Source: Promethearchaeum syntrophicum
Lineage (GTDB): Archaea > Asgardarchaeota > Lokiarchaeia > Sigyniarchaeales > Promethearchaeaceae
Length of the DNA stretch: 32,000 nt
Direction of reading: 5' to 3'
NCBI RefSeq assembly: GCF_008000775.2
Contig: NZ_CP042905.2
Location: 240,001 to 272,000, forward strand
The notes beneath the pieces are model-generated. The model did no database searches. It saw only the letters and a list, made by a program, of their open reading frames with translations, and was not told where the DNA came from. This document shows positions 8,593-16,958 of this stretch, one piece after another. The translations under genes were made by a program, and so were the position numbers. The first letter of the stretch is position 1; the number at the start of each line of letters is the position of its first letter.

Positions 8593-8931
8593 TTACATAG
8601 TTCTTTTTATTATATGATAACCAAATTGGCTTCTTACTGGTTCAGAAATATGCCCAACTTTTAATTTAACACACGCATTCCAGAACTCAGGAACCATCTT
8701 TCCTTTCCCAAATTCACCCAAATTTCCCCCTTTATTTTTACTTGAACATTCCGAATATTTCTTTGCTAATTCTTGAAAACTAATTCCTTCAGTCAGATCA
8801 TCACAAATTTGTTGAGCTAAACTTAATTTTTTAACTAATATATGACTTGCTTTGAGTTTTCCTCCTTTTATTGGAGATCCACCTGATTTTAAATTTTTAT
8901 TTCCTTTTTTTTTATTATTTGATTTACCCAT
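8593..8931 (-). CDS. Parvulin-type peptidyl-prolyl cis-trans isomerase with a basic G/K-rich N-terminal extension (Par14-like)
   Basis: KASHILVKK...[16 protein letters not shown]...FGYHIIK is a parvulin core. The first ~28 aa are [27 protein letters not shown]. Confidence 0.85.
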   Translation of the reverse strand: MGKSNNKKKGNKNLKSGGSPIKGGKLKASHILVKKLSLAQQICDDLTEGISFQELAKKYSECSSKNKGGNLGEFGKGKMVPEFWNACVKLKVGHISEPVRSQFGYHIIKRTM

Positions 8932-8957
8932 TATTTTTACCTTTTTTTTGATTTCAA

Positions 8958-9686
8958 TTAAGATTCTTCTAATTTGATTATTTTAAATAATTCATAAAGA
9001 CTGTTAACATGATAATTTGGTTTAATATTAATCCTTTGTTTCAACTTTTTAGGATCATATTTTGTTCCTCTATGGACTAAAACGGTAATTATCCCAATTT
9101 TATTTGCGGGTTCAATATCTTTGTCTAATCGATCTCCAACATATATTACTTCATTAGGTTTACAATTATATCTTTCCAGGAAATACGTAAATAGTTCAGG
9201 ATTAGGTTTTCTAACTGCCACTTCATCGGAAATTATTATATCATCAACTAAATCTTCAATTTTTAACCTTAGAATTTTTTCATATTGTTTTTTAGGAGAC
9301 CCATCAGTAATTATTGCGGTTTTTATATTAAGGGATTTCAGTTTTTCAAGTGTTTTAATTACATCCTTAAAAGGTTTAAAATGTTTTACTTTTTCTCGAT
9401 GATAACCCATAACTCCTGCGGCAACATATTTATTTACATTATGTTCTTGTCCAATTCGGAATTTTGAATCATTTTTTAATCTTAACAATAGATTATCTAA
9501 ATGATGTTCATCATTTGATCCAAATTCAATAACAATTTCATCTAATAATTGAATTGCATACTCTTCTGGAACAGGTAAACCATATTCTATCATCATTCGA
9601 ATTGATGCTTGCCGAGCTTTTTCTACTAAAAGAGTACCATTAAAGATTGTGTCATCCAGATCAAATCCTATCCATTTTATTGGCAT
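8958..9686 (-). CDS. HAD-superfamily (subfamily IA) hydrolase/phosphatase
   Basis: Motif I FDLDDT, motif II ITDGS, motif III K...(VGDRLDKDI). Confidence 0.85.
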   Translation of the reverse strand: MPIKWIGFDLDDTIFNGTLLVEKARQASIRMMIEYGLPVPEEYAIQLLDEIVIEFGSNDEHHLDNLLLRLKNDSKFRIGQEHNVNKYVAAGVMGYHREKVKHFKPFKDVIKTLEKLKSLNIKTAIITDGSPKKQYEKILRLKIEDLVDDIIISDEVAVRKPNPELFTYFLERYNCKPNEVIYVGDRLDKDIEPANKIGIITVLVHRGTKYDPKKLKQRINIKPNYHVNSLYELFKIIKLEES

Positions 9687-9844
9687 TATTTTTAGCTCCT
9701 TAAGGTTTTAATTCAAATTCTGCAAAATCAAGAATTTAATGTTATTAGTTTACTTTACAAAAAAATATAATATATAATTTTTTATTTTTAAATAATTAAA
9801 CTTACAAAACAATTCAATCTATTTTTAGAAGGTTTAAAAAAAAA

Positions 9845-11179
9845 ATGCAAATGGCAGTTGCGATTTCTTATTTTCATAGAAAAATCGGTCCTATAGTTTG
9901 GCATTCTTATCCAGAAGAAGCTTTAACTGATGAAGAAAAAGGACATCTAGCGGATATTATGGATCAGGCTTATGAAGAAGGTTTCTTTATGCAAAAGTTT
10001 GGAACGCTCACTTCGATGAATTATTATTTTGAAATTCCAAGTGAATGGGCTAGAGGAAATAAAGAATTATTGATGATTAGTTTAGTTTTAGACTCGTTTC
10101 CACAAGTTGGATTTGAAAAACCAATACAAGAATGGGCAGAATCATTTGCTAATAGATTAAGAGATAAAAAAGAGATTTATAAAGCTTTTTATAATACAGA
10201 TGACTCTCAAGTTTCCATTGAAGATCATCAAGATTTAAAAGAATTTAGTGAAAATATTAGATTTTGGTTAAAAGAATTATATTGGGTTGCTGTTGAAGTA
10301 GTTCGAGAGAAAACTGAAGAAGAAAAGTGGGCTGTTATTATGAGCCATCCCCAAATTTTCAAGGTTATTAAGAAATTATCAAAAGAACCAATGGATTTAG
10401 AAGTATTAAACAAATGGTTTATAACTTTATTCCCAAATTTCGAATTAACAGAAATATTAAAAGAATTAGAAGAACAAAAGTTTATTTTTATAAATACAAT
10501 TGGCCAAGATACATATGTTCTTTTAGTAAGAGATGTAAATATTATGCGAGTTCCTCCAGATGTTATTATTGATTTGGAGGAGGATTCCCCAGATTTAGCA
10601 GATTTAACTGAAATTTATATAAACGAAGTTCGGGATTTCTTTGAAACTTATACTCCAACACCGTTAGATTCTCTATCACTATTTGAATTATTTGCGGATC
10701 CGAAAGTATATAATGTTATCTCACAATTACGTGAGGGACCACTTCCAAAAGAAAAAATACTTTCAATGGTATCAGATACTTCATCAAAAGCTTATATGAA
10801 AAGCTTAGATTTACTCGTAAATAAAAGTATTATTCAAGAATTTTCATATTCGGGCGAATTCCTATATCTTTTAAGAACAGATGTTGTTTTAACTGCTAGC
10901 TTTCCAGAATATCTTAAAAGATTATTACCACGAGACACGAAAGGATATATTGCTCGTCAACGTTCTCATAAACCACTAGTCGCAAAAGAGATTGAAGAAA
11001 ATTCGGAAAAATTGAAAGATGATGATTTGCTAGAGAAATCAAATTACAAAATGATTTCAAGAATCGAGGATGAAATTGATATTGAGAGTAACCATGATGA
11101 GAATCGTAAAATGATTTCAGAGAGATTTAAAACCCTTATTAAAGATCCGGAAGAAAAAAAAGAAAAAAAGAAAAAATAA
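9845..11179 (+). CDS. Hypothetical protein: N-terminal longin/uDENN-like domain, two winged-helix-like modules, acidic/basic tail
   Basis: 444 aa. The N-terminus AVAISYFHRKIGPIVWHSYPEE...GFFMQKF..MNYYFEIPSEWARGNKELLMISLVLD has a longin-like strand/helix pattern. PQIFKVIKKLSKEPMDLEVLNKW...EEQKFIFINTIGQDTYVLL and PKVYNVISQLREGPLPKEKILSMV...VNKSIIQEFSYSGEFLYLL look like wHTH units. Domain calls are by pattern only. Confidence 0.6.
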   Translation: MQMAVAISYFHRKIGPIVWHSYPEEALTDEEKGHLADIMDQAYEEGFFMQKFGTLTSMNYYFEIPSEWARGNKELLMISLVLDSFPQVGFEKPIQEWAESFANRLRDKKEIYKAFYNTDDSQVSIEDHQDLKEFSENIRFWLKELYWVAVEVVREKTEEEKWAVIMSHPQIFKVIKKLSKEPMDLEVLNKWFITLFPNFELTEILKELEEQKFIFINTIGQDTYVLLVRDVNIMRVPPDVIIDLEEDSPDLADLTEIYINEVRDFFETYTPTPLDSLSLFELFADPKVYNVISQLREGPLPKEKILSMVSDTSSKAYMKSLDLLVNKSIIQEFSYSGEFLYLLRTDVVLTASFPEYLKRLLPRDTKGYIARQRSHKPLVAKEIEENSEKLKDDDLLEKSNYKMISRIEDEIDIESNHDENRKMISERFKTLIKDPEEKKEKKKK

Positions 11180-11187
11180 TTTTCTGA

Positions 11188-12375
11188 TTAACGTTCTCTT
11201 TTTCCTTCAATAAACTCTTTAACCCATTCTTTTGCTAATACGTCTGAAGGTGGTTGAATATGCGGATGTTTAAAACTAAATGAGCTAATAGATTCCAAGC
11301 GACCACTAATTTTTCGGTTAAGAGCTAATTTCATAACACGAATTATATCACAAACAACTCCGGCACTATTAGGTGAATCCTCAACTTTTAGTTTAAGATC
11401 AGCAATTAAGGGTAAACCACCAAAAGTTATCCCATTTATACGGATATAACAAATTTTTTTATCTTGTAGAAAGGGAACATAATCAGAAGGTCCGATACGG
11501 CACTTAATATCATATGGTAGAACACTAGTAACTGCTGAAGTTTTAGATTTTCGTTTTGTGGTTAATCTATTTTCCATTTTCATGTTTTCAAAATCGGTAT
11601 TACCTCCTATATTGAGCTGGTATGTATCATTGATTATAACTCCTCTATCCAAGAATAGTTTAGCTAATACTCTATGTGAAATAGTTGCTCCGACTTGACT
11701 TTTAATATCATCTCCAGCACAAGGTAAACCTGCTTTTTCGAATTCAGCAACCCAATCTTTATCTCCTTCAACGTGTTCACTTACAATAAATTCAGGTATA
11801 TTATTAATAAATCCACATCCAGCATCTATCGCAGCTTGAGCATAAAAACGTGAAGCATTGTATGATCCGACAGGAAGAAAATTACAGAGAATTTCTGCTT
11901 TCGATTCACGTAGAATTTGAGCTACATCACATTCTTTGGTGTCTTCAGGATTATAACAATGAAAACTATCAAGCATATGAGGTGCACAACCATCAAGAAT
12001 TGGGCCTGCATGAACTTTCACACCTAGTTGAGGCATTTTCTCTTTAGGAACTATTGGTTGACAAACATTAGGCTCTTCATAAATTGCATCACTGACATCT
12101 TTTCCAATTTTTAAATCATTTATATCAAATGCCGCGACTATTTTGATATTCTTATATGTATATCCTCCGATTGAAGGATTCATAAGGCCTTTGATGAACG
12201 CATCATCACCTTTTATATCTTTATAATATTCCATCCCCATAATTAAAGCAGAAGCACAATTTCCTAAACCCGCTATGGCTACTCTAATTTCATCATCACG
12301 TGAGATCCCTTCATTTGTTGATCCTAACGACATTTCGGAATGTTCACTAGCTTTATTATAAGTATCTTCATCCAT
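11188..12375 (-). CDS. ino1: myo-inositol-1-phosphate synthase (archaeal/bacterial short type)
   Basis: 395 aa. Rossmann motif VAIAGLGNCASALI, then GDDIKSQVGATISHRVLAKLF and NIGGNTDFENM. These match MIPS conserved blocks as I recall them. Confidence 0.85.
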   Translation of the reverse strand: MDEDTYNKASEHSEMSLGSTNEGISRDDEIRVAIAGLGNCASALIMGMEYYKDIKGDDAFIKGLMNPSIGGYTYKNIKIVAAFDINDLKIGKDVSDAIYEEPNVCQPIVPKEKMPQLGVKVHAGPILDGCAPHMLDSFHCYNPEDTKECDVAQILRESKAEILCNFLPVGSYNASRFYAQAAIDAGCGFINNIPEFIVSEHVEGDKDWVAEFEKAGLPCAGDDIKSQVGATISHRVLAKLFLDRGVIINDTYQLNIGGNTDFENMKMENRLTTKRKSKTSAVTSVLPYDIKCRIGPSDYVPFLQDKKICYIRINGITFGGLPLIADLKLKVEDSPNSAGVVCDIIRVMKLALNRKISGRLESISSFSFKHPHIQPPSDVLAKEWVKEFIEGKRER

Positions 12376-12480
12376 AGTGACGAGTTAATTCAAATTCTAA
12401 TTTAAATTAAATTTAAAAATGTCCCCTAATTTAGGGCATAAATAGGATCTTTTTTATTTCATATGAAATTAGCATTATAG

Positions 12481-12942
12481 ATGACCTCTTCTCAACGGAA
12501 AAATCAAGTGCGTCTTAAGATTTATATTCCAGAGATTAAGTTTCAAGATTGGACGGACTATCTAGAGGAATTCAATCCAATTTCTGAATTTTTCTTTAAC
12601 TTTAGTCTTTGGGTTCGAAAAAGTCTATTAAACCTTCCTGAAAAAGAATCAATAGCATTAATCCCTTTTCAGAATCGCGCAAAATTCCAAAAGAATTTAA
12701 AAAAGTTAGAGAAAACTGTGTGGATTTCTAAAACACATAAGCAAGCTCTGATGCAGAAAAAAGGAATATTATCTCTTAATGCCTTTATTTTGCTAATTCT
12801 TGATTTAAACATATACGGGAGTACGACAGAAAAGCAAAATATTCAATATATGTTTCAATTGCGAGAAAGAATAGAAAACTTAGAAAATCGCGTTTTTAAT
12901 CTAATTGATCAATTAAATGTAAAATATGGGGAAAACTATTAA
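12481..12942 (+). CDS. Hypothetical protein (possible RHH-like segments, C-terminal coiled coil)
   Basis: 153-aa ORF with no overlapping stronger ORF. No family recognised. Confidence 0.45.
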   Translation: MTSSQRKNQVRLKIYIPEIKFQDWTDYLEEFNPISEFFFNFSLWVRKSLLNLPEKESIALIPFQNRAKFQKNLKKLEKTVWISKTHKQALMQKKGILSLNAFILLILDLNIYGSTTEKQNIQYMFQLRERIENLENRVFNLIDQLNVKYGENY

Positions 12943-12946
12943 TTTC

Positions 12947-13010
12947 GGCTCAGCGTGGGGCGACTATTTCATAGCTATCGCTCAAATTGTCAATTGGGAT
13001 CATCATAGCC
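12947..13010 (-). ncRNA. Candidate C/D box sRNA
   Basis: Minus strand reads GGCT-ATGATGA(C box)-tcccaattgacaat-TTGA(D'-like)-gcgatagct-ATGAAAT(C'-like)-agtcgccccacg(12 nt)-CTGA(D box)-GCC. The terminal GGC/GCC stem brackets the boxes. It is a GC-rich island in AT-rich intergenic DNA between convergent genes. Confidence 0.5.
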
Positions 13011-13018
13011 GTGAAAAA

Positions 13019-13339
13019 TTAACATTCATTGATACATTTAAGAAAATTACAACCTTTTTGAGTTATCATATACTTTGAATCAATAATTTCAACTAATTTC
13101 AAATTTATTAAAACAGGCAAACGCCCAGTTACACAAACCATCGGAACCCCCGAGAGCATCATAATAGCATCATCATTTTGTGCACCTTTATAAATTGCTG
13201 AGGCAATTTGGATACCAAAATCTCCTAATAAATATTTAAAACTGGTGAGTTCTTCAATTTCACTATCTGATAGAGGTGGATTGATGTTTGCTGAGTTTTT
13301 TAATGTCATGAAAAATTCATTTTCTTGAACTTTATTCAA
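13019..13339 (-). CDS. Hypothetical small protein, possibly winged-helix
   Basis: 106 aa. MLSGVPMVCVTGRLPVLINLKLVEIIDSKYMITQKGCNFL resembles a recognition helix plus wing. Weak call. Confidence 0.4.
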   Translation of the reverse strand: MNKVQENEFFMTLKNSANINPPLSDSEIEELTSFKYLLGDFGIQIASAIYKGAQNDDAIMMLSGVPMVCVTGRLPVLINLKLVEIIDSKYMITQKGCNFLKCINEC

Positions 13340-13371
13340 ATTTAATTGTTTATCATCTTGTAAAAAATTTT

Positions 13372-13815
13372 CTAATTTGGTTTTTTTGATATTGTTTCAA
13401 TACCGCACTGCACCACATCATAATTCTTTGAAATAAGATCGGTCAAAGTTATTCCCTCTTCCCAATTTTTATGCGGTAAAATATAATATTCAACAGAAAA
13501 TTTCCCTTTTTTTTCACTGATACCGGTTGTATGAATTAACTTATAATTTAATAGATATTTAGTTGTATTTTTTAAAGCCTCTTTTGAACCGGTGTTGTAA
13601 ATTATTTTTAATTTCCAAATTTCATGTGATTTTACAGAGTAACAAGTAATCCGAGTCAATTCAGAGCTTATAGAATATATTAATAACATATTCAATGAAG
13701 AATCATAGGGTACGGTTAATTCTGAAGACACTAATAATTTTTTAAAATTTTCATAAGATTTTAGAAATCCAATAGTAATTGGAGGAATCTTTTGATTTAA
13801 TGGATATTTTTTCAC
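13372..13815 (-). CDS. Hypothetical protein downstream of the RNase P subunit genes
   Basis: 147-aa ORF on the same strand, 23 nt after the Pop5 stop. No family recognised. Confidence 0.45.
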   Translation of the reverse strand: MKKYPLNQKIPPITIGFLKSYENFKKLLVSSELTVPYDSSLNMLLIYSISSELTRITCYSVKSHEIWKLKIIYNTGSKEALKNTTKYLLNYKLIHTTGISEKKGKFSVEYYILPHKNWEEGITLTDLISKNYDVVQCGIETISKKPN

Positions 13816-13838
13816 GTTATAATATATAAAATTAGAAT

Positions 13839-14222
13839 TTATTTGTGTTTGTGTTTATTCAAATCAGATTTTTCTCTTTTAGGGGGAAGAGTAGAAAAAG
13901 TGTGTCGCCAAATTTTTAAAGTTTTCTTGATGGTTCCACTTGTAATCCTAGTATGGAAAATTACAGGTGTTGAGTTTAATTCTTTTACTAACATCATCGC
14001 GGTAATTAAATGGTATTTTGAAATATTATCAACACGTATTATTCCAATTTGATTAGAAGGATCCCATCTTATCATCCAAAGACCTACTTTAAAAGTAATA
14101 TATTCTCCAAAGAATTTTATCAATTTCTTCCCAATTGCTTTAATAATTAAATTTTTATCAAATAAACCCTTTTTTGGGGAAATTATCTCAAATAAAATAT
14201 ATCTTTGCCTAATATACTTCAT
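13839..14222 (-). CDS. rnp2: RNase P protein component 2 (Pop5/Rpp14 family)
   Basis: RQRYILFEIIS...FGEYITFKVGLWMIRWDPSNQIGIIRVDN...ITSGTIKK matches the Pop5 pattern (RYil.e....fGe.g.a...l.li.yd...g.gIvR....vSGTik). A 4-nt overlap with Rpp30 suggests translational coupling. Confidence 0.85.
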   Translation of the reverse strand: MKYIRQRYILFEIISPKKGLFDKNLIIKAIGKKLIKFFGEYITFKVGLWMIRWDPSNQIGIIRVDNISKYHLITAMMLVKELNSTPVIFHTRITSGTIKKTLKIWRHTFSTLPPKREKSDLNKHKHK

Positions 14223-15028
14223 TTATTTAATCCTTCCTCTGCATTTTTATCAATGATATCTACAATTTCTACACCAGGTTCGATAAACAATTTTTGATCA
14301 CGTTTTATGAATCTCAATATGATTTCTTCAGGGTTTTTTACCAAAATCTTTTTAGCTTGAAATTCGGGAATATTACAAACTGAAAATAGAAATGAAATTG
14401 TTTCTTTTGGACCGCGCATTAACCAATAATTATTATTAATAGAATCCGATCCGATTATATATTTATTGGAGCTGGGTTTAGCTTTAAGAAGTAAACGATA
14501 TAAGACACGCAAAATCTTTGTTCTTTTAAAATGTTCAAATTCAATAAGATGTGTAAGACTAATATCTAAATAACATTCATTTTGACGCGCAAGAGAAATA
14601 ATTCCTTTAGTTAAATTTTTCTGAGAATCGATAGTCGGCACAGATAAAATATCAACTCGACCGTCTCTAGCCGCAATCTCAAGAATTTCTTTATTTAATG
14701 ACTTTACAGCAATTAAGCATCTTCTTTCTTTCCAAACAGTGAGATCCTTTTTTAATGAATTTGTACTCTTAGGATTTAAAGTTACCCGGGGGATTAAAGG
14801 AATGGGAGAATTTTCTGTTCGATAATTCAAAACTGTTTTAATCGACAAAGGAAATTTAATTTTAGGTAAATTTTTTGGAAAAAAATCGGACCTAATAAAA
14901 TTCTGGTAGTCGTTTTTCGATTTTAAATCAACAATTGCTGCTTGATAACCAATTTGATGGCATAAAGAGATAATTTTTAGAAAATCGGATGGATTATTTT
15001 GCCAAGGGATACAACTATTGATGAACAT
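14219..15028 (-). CDS. rnp3: RNase P protein component 3 (Rpp30 family, PHP/TIM-barrel)
   Basis: 269 aa in the conserved position between the COG1325-type gene and Pop5. IAVKSLNKEILEIAARDGRVDILS and the YLDISLTHLI blocks are Rpp30-like. Confidence 0.75.
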   Translation of the reverse strand: MFINSCIPWQNNPSDFLKIISLCHQIGYQAAIVDLKSKNDYQNFIRSDFFPKNLPKIKFPLSIKTVLNYRTENSPIPLIPRVTLNPKSTNSLKKDLTVWKERRCLIAVKSLNKEILEIAARDGRVDILSVPTIDSQKNLTKGIISLARQNECYLDISLTHLIEFEHFKRTKILRVLYRLLLKAKPSSNKYIIGSDSINNNYWLMRGPKETISFLFSVCNIPEFQAKKILVKNPEEIILRFIKRDQKLFIEPGVEIVDIIDKNAEEGLNK

Positions 15029-15044
15029 ATAAGAGTCTCCGTAT

Positions 15045-15527
15045 CTATAAAAGATTCAGATCCATAAAATATTTCTTAATATTATCTGTTGTTATCTGGG
15101 AATGAGATTTATTTTGAATTGCAATTATAACCTGAATAACATCACTAGTTTCTGCAAGCTTAATTTTTCCTAATGTTAAAAATTGCTTATCTAACCTAAA
15201 ATAAAGTTTTAATTTACCATCTAAACGGCTTTCAAATGAAGATTTCAATTGATTTTTATCCTCATTGCTCAAATTCTCAGCAATTTTTGCAATTACATAT
15301 TTTATCGACTTTTGAATCTTTAATACAATTAATACATCCAAGATTTTTTGACTAAAAGTACCGGTACAATTATTTATTTGAAAGGTTTCTTCTAAAATTT
15401 CTTTGGGAATCAAATTCAAAAAAGAATTCTTTACTTTTTCAATTGATTCGGTATTATGGGCATGAGTACGAAACTCAATTTGCCTAATTTTTAACGAAAT
15501 TGATGGATTTGTTAAAGGATTTTCCAT
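15045..15527 (-). CDS. RNA-binding protein of the exosome superoperon (COG1325 / UPF0201, former DUF54)
   Basis: IEFRTHAHNTESIEKVKNSFLNLIP matches the family N-terminus (v.v.a.v.pTEd.eKV..al.nl.p). It sits at the canonical position between rpl15e and Rpp30. Confidence 0.65.
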   Translation of the reverse strand: MENPLTNPSISLKIRQIEFRTHAHNTESIEKVKNSFLNLIPKEILEETFQINNCTGTFSQKILDVLIVLKIQKSIKYVIAKIAENLSNEDKNQLKSSFESRLDGKLKLYFRLDKQFLTLGKIKLAETSDVIQVIIAIQNKSHSQITTDNIKKYFMDLNLL

Positions 15528-15561
15528 TTTATTCTATCTTCAAATAAGTAGATAAAAAAAA

Positions 15562-16146
15562 TTAATGTCGATTACGGTTTGCTCTTAGTGAAGGCCTTAT
15601 CTTCTCGCTACCCTTTCCTTTTCTTCTTAATCCTCTAGTCTTCTTTCCTGCAGATGTTAATCCACGAAAAACTCGTTGTGTATTATTATTACGGGAAATC
15701 CAATTAATGTTAGGATCAGCTTTTATAACAGGATGGTCTGGATCAATTAATATTACTTCAAAATAATGAGATTTTCCGTCAGAAGCAACTTTATATGAAT
15801 TTAAAACTTGTAAATTAGGATATTTCTTAGCAGTTCGCTCTTCTGCAATCCAACGTAAATTTTTCTTTGTTGTTATCTTATTTACTCCAAGATTTCCTGC
15901 TTTTCGTCCCATTTTAGGTCTTATTTTTGCCATTGTTCCTCTGCGAATTTTGGTTATAGCAACAATATATCCTTGTTTAGCTTTATATCCAAGTGCACGC
16001 GCTCGATGTAATTTGGTTGGCTTATTGATTCTTACTGTTGTTGGACCACGCCTAAGATCGATCATTCGTTTCCAATTTTCAGAATCATAAGAATTATCAT
16101 GTTTTTCAAATGTTTCTGCAATATATTTATATCCCGACTTAACCAT
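15562..16146 (-). CDS. rpl15e: 50S ribosomal protein L15e
   Basis: MVKSGYKYIAETF...RRGPTTVRINKPTKLHRARALGYKAKQGYIV...; 194 aa and highly basic. Confidence 0.95.
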   Translation of the reverse strand: MVKSGYKYIAETFEKHDNSYDSENWKRMIDLRRGPTTVRINKPTKLHRARALGYKAKQGYIVAITKIRRGTMAKIRPKMGRKAGNLGVNKITTKKNLRWIAEERTAKKYPNLQVLNSYKVASDGKSHYFEVILIDPDHPVIKADPNINWISRNNNTQRVFRGLTSAGKKTRGLRRKGKGSEKIRPSLRANRNRH

Positions 16147-16262
16147 TTTTCTCTACTCTAGGGTTTTTCAAAGAGAATGAAGGCGACATAAATTAATAAT
16201 TTTTCGAAATATGATTATTTCAAAAATGAAATAAAATAAGAAATTTGTTTATTCTATAAATA

Positions 16263-16958
16263 TTATAAATCTGGAACATCAGGAGGTAATTTTATTGGTT
16301 TTGATGTATCTGGAGCTTTACCATCACCCATAGCTTGGTAAACAGCAGTACGGCGCGCTAACTCTGCAAATACTTTATAAACATTTTGAGCATTTGAATA
16401 TAGAGCGATAGTTTCATATACGATGGGATTCCATATATATAATTTGTGATCTGTTGGAAGAAATACACCTTCTTGTCTCAATATCTCTTCTACTTCACTT
16501 TTATTAAGAGGATTCGGTAAATCTTGCTTATTCACCATAACAAGGATTGGCAAATCAGTAATTAGCTTATTTGCTGCTACATTTTTCAATTCTTTTAATG
16601 AATTTATATTATCTTCTATCCGGTTTCTTTGAGCATCGAAAACAAATATCACACCATCAGTTCCAAGGAAAATTTTTTTACGTAAAGGTGAAAACCTCGC
16701 TTGACCCGCCACTGTATAAACATGATAAAAAATTTTTTGTTGTTTCTTTGATTGGAAAATACCTCTATCAAAATATAGCGTGGATCCGCTTGCCATTGCA
16801 ATTTTAGTTAAATTGCCTGTAGGAGTGACATCTTTTCCAAAAGTGCCGTCTTTGGTTAATCGATAGAGAGTATCCACTGCAGTAGTTTTACCCGATCCAG
16901 CACATCCCCAATAAAGGAGTTTTACAAATACTTCTCCAGATTTATTTATTCGAACCAT
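16263..16958 (-). CDS. mglA: MglA-family small GTPase with proline-rich C-terminal tail
   Basis: VKLLYWGCAGSGKTT (P-loop), TLYFD, YHVYTVAGQARFSPLRKKIFLGTDGVIFVFDAQ, and VNKQDLPN. These align block by block with Myxococcus MglA as I recall it (KIVYYGPGLCGKTT / YTVPGQ / VFVADSQ / YNKRDLPN). Confidence 0.85.
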   Translation of the reverse strand: MVRINKSGEVFVKLLYWGCAGSGKTTAVDTLYRLTKDGTFGKDVTPTGNLTKIAMASGSTLYFDRGIFQSKKQQKIFYHVYTVAGQARFSPLRKKIFLGTDGVIFVFDAQRNRIEDNINSLKELKNVAANKLITDLPILVMVNKQDLPNPLNKSEVEEILRQEGVFLPTDHKLYIWNPIVYETIALYSNAQNVYKVFAELARRTAVYQAMGDGKAPDTSKPIKLPPDVPDL

